Part shown: positions 62,861 through 64,000 of the stretch, in pieces
How positions within the stretch are numbered: the stretch's first letter is position 1
How the letters are laid out: each line of letters opens with the position of its first letter
DNA from: the human T2T-CHM13v2.0 reference genome, Homo sapiens
Assembly: GCF_009914755.1 (NCBI RefSeq)
Contig: NC_060931.1
DNA length: 64,000 nucleotides
Strand: one strand, 5' to 3'
Made by a program: the position numbers and the translations under genes
The notes under the pieces: generated by a model
The model's input: only the letters and a program-made list of their open reading frames with translations
What the model was told of the DNA's origin: nothing
Databases searched by the model: none

Positions 62861-63065
62861 GGCTCCAGGCACTAATGCAACAACTGAAGACACTTGTTGA
62901 TATGGGCTCCTGTAATTGCTCTACACGGTCAAGGCCAAAAATGAATATGTTGACTGAAAAGCCATACTTTCCAGAGGATAAAATTATTGCAAGCCAAGGA
63001 TTAAAACATCCATTTAAATCAAACTGCTTTGGCTGAAACCTTTTACTATGTTTATGAAGTCCGTC

Positions 63066-63349
63066 ATGGCATGATGGCTCACACCTATAATCCTAGCACT
63101 TTGGAAGGCAGAGGTGGGCAGATCACTTGAGCCTGGGAGTTTGAGATTGGCCTGGGTAATATAGCAAAACCCCATCTCTACCCCCCAAAAAAGACAAAAA
63201 TTAGCCCTGGTGTGGTGGCATGTTACTCAGGAGGCTGAGGTGGGAGGATCACTTGACCCCAGGAAGGTGAGTCTGCAGTAAGCCATGATCATGCCACTGC
63301 ACGCCAGCTGGGACAAAAAGTGAGACCCCGTCTCAAAAGAAAAAAAAAA
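63066..63349 (+). mobile_element. AluJ-like element
   Basis: Alu dimer with ggaggatcacttga; TSD-like aagtccgtca / aagtccatca. Confidence 0.9.
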
Positions 63350-64000
63350 GTCCATCACGAATTACTTCATTGCTATCCTTTTTTCTCTTGTTCTACATAT
63401 TTGACTAATCTTCATATCTATGAAATAGGAAGTCATAATTTATAATGAGTCTGTCTATTATAACTAGACGGACAAATAGAGTATAGGCTAATGTAAAATA
63501 TTTTGCATTTCCTCTCTCATCACGTCATTAAAAACTGTCTTAAAGAGCGGAGTTATTCTGAATCAAATATGATAGCCTAAATGCAAAGGATCGACAGATT
63601 AAGTTGAATTTGTGGTCAATCTTTATTCTTAGCAGAGCAGCAGCTAGCTAGAGTTTTAAATTAGAAACTGCTTCTATGCTTTTCAAAGATATTACAATAG
63701 AATTTGATACTGAGCCCAGAATATTTAATAGGGAGGTCTAAGTAGTATCATTTATAGAAATGAAAGCTTTAATATTACTCATTCTTTCCATTTACTACTT
63801 GTTAAAAATAACATTGTATTTTAATTTTCATAAAGTAAATGAATAGTCCTGAAAAAATAATAAATGAGTATTTATGTGATAACTGAGTTCCAAACAAAGG
63901 TCCACTTTCTGGGCAGGGGCTTGTAGTGGGCATGGTAAACCCACTCAGATCACCCTAGATTCAAGCTTTTGTTGGAGAAACAGCACTGTATATATATACA

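Overview
Primate (probably human or great ape) genomic DNA from inside the ELMO1 gene, which runs on the minus strand. The only host coding sequence I can support is one 105-nt phase-0 exon at 11527-11631 (-), encoding [35 protein letters not shown] of the ELMO domain. The rest is intron dominated by transposon fossils: four long LINE-1s, about 14 Alus or Alu fragments, a retroposed U13 snoRNA copy, a nested MLT2/THE1/Alu junction, MER5/MER58/MER20/MADE2 DNA transposons, and MIR/L2/L1M fragments. The long L1s are L1-A 1-4745 (+, L1PA4/5-like), an L1PB1-like copy 13631-19950 (+), full-length L1-B 31564-37723 (+, L1PA6/7-like) and full-length L1-C 41771-47928 (-, L1PA3-like). Main observations: (1) L1-A, -B and -C look like different subfamilies yet share many pairwise substitutions, including two premature stop codons and a 101-bp identical tract, which points to local gene conversion around the exon; (2) L1-C appears to carry a 70-bp 3' transduction with its own AATAAA and second tail; (3) L1-C has an open ORF0 that reads 42 codons into flanking DNA; (4) a 30-bp direct repeat lies 9 kb apart in unique sequence. 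Subfamily calls and consensus bases are from memory and need confirmation with RepeatMasker/Dfam. No prokaryotic features or CRISPR arrays were seen.
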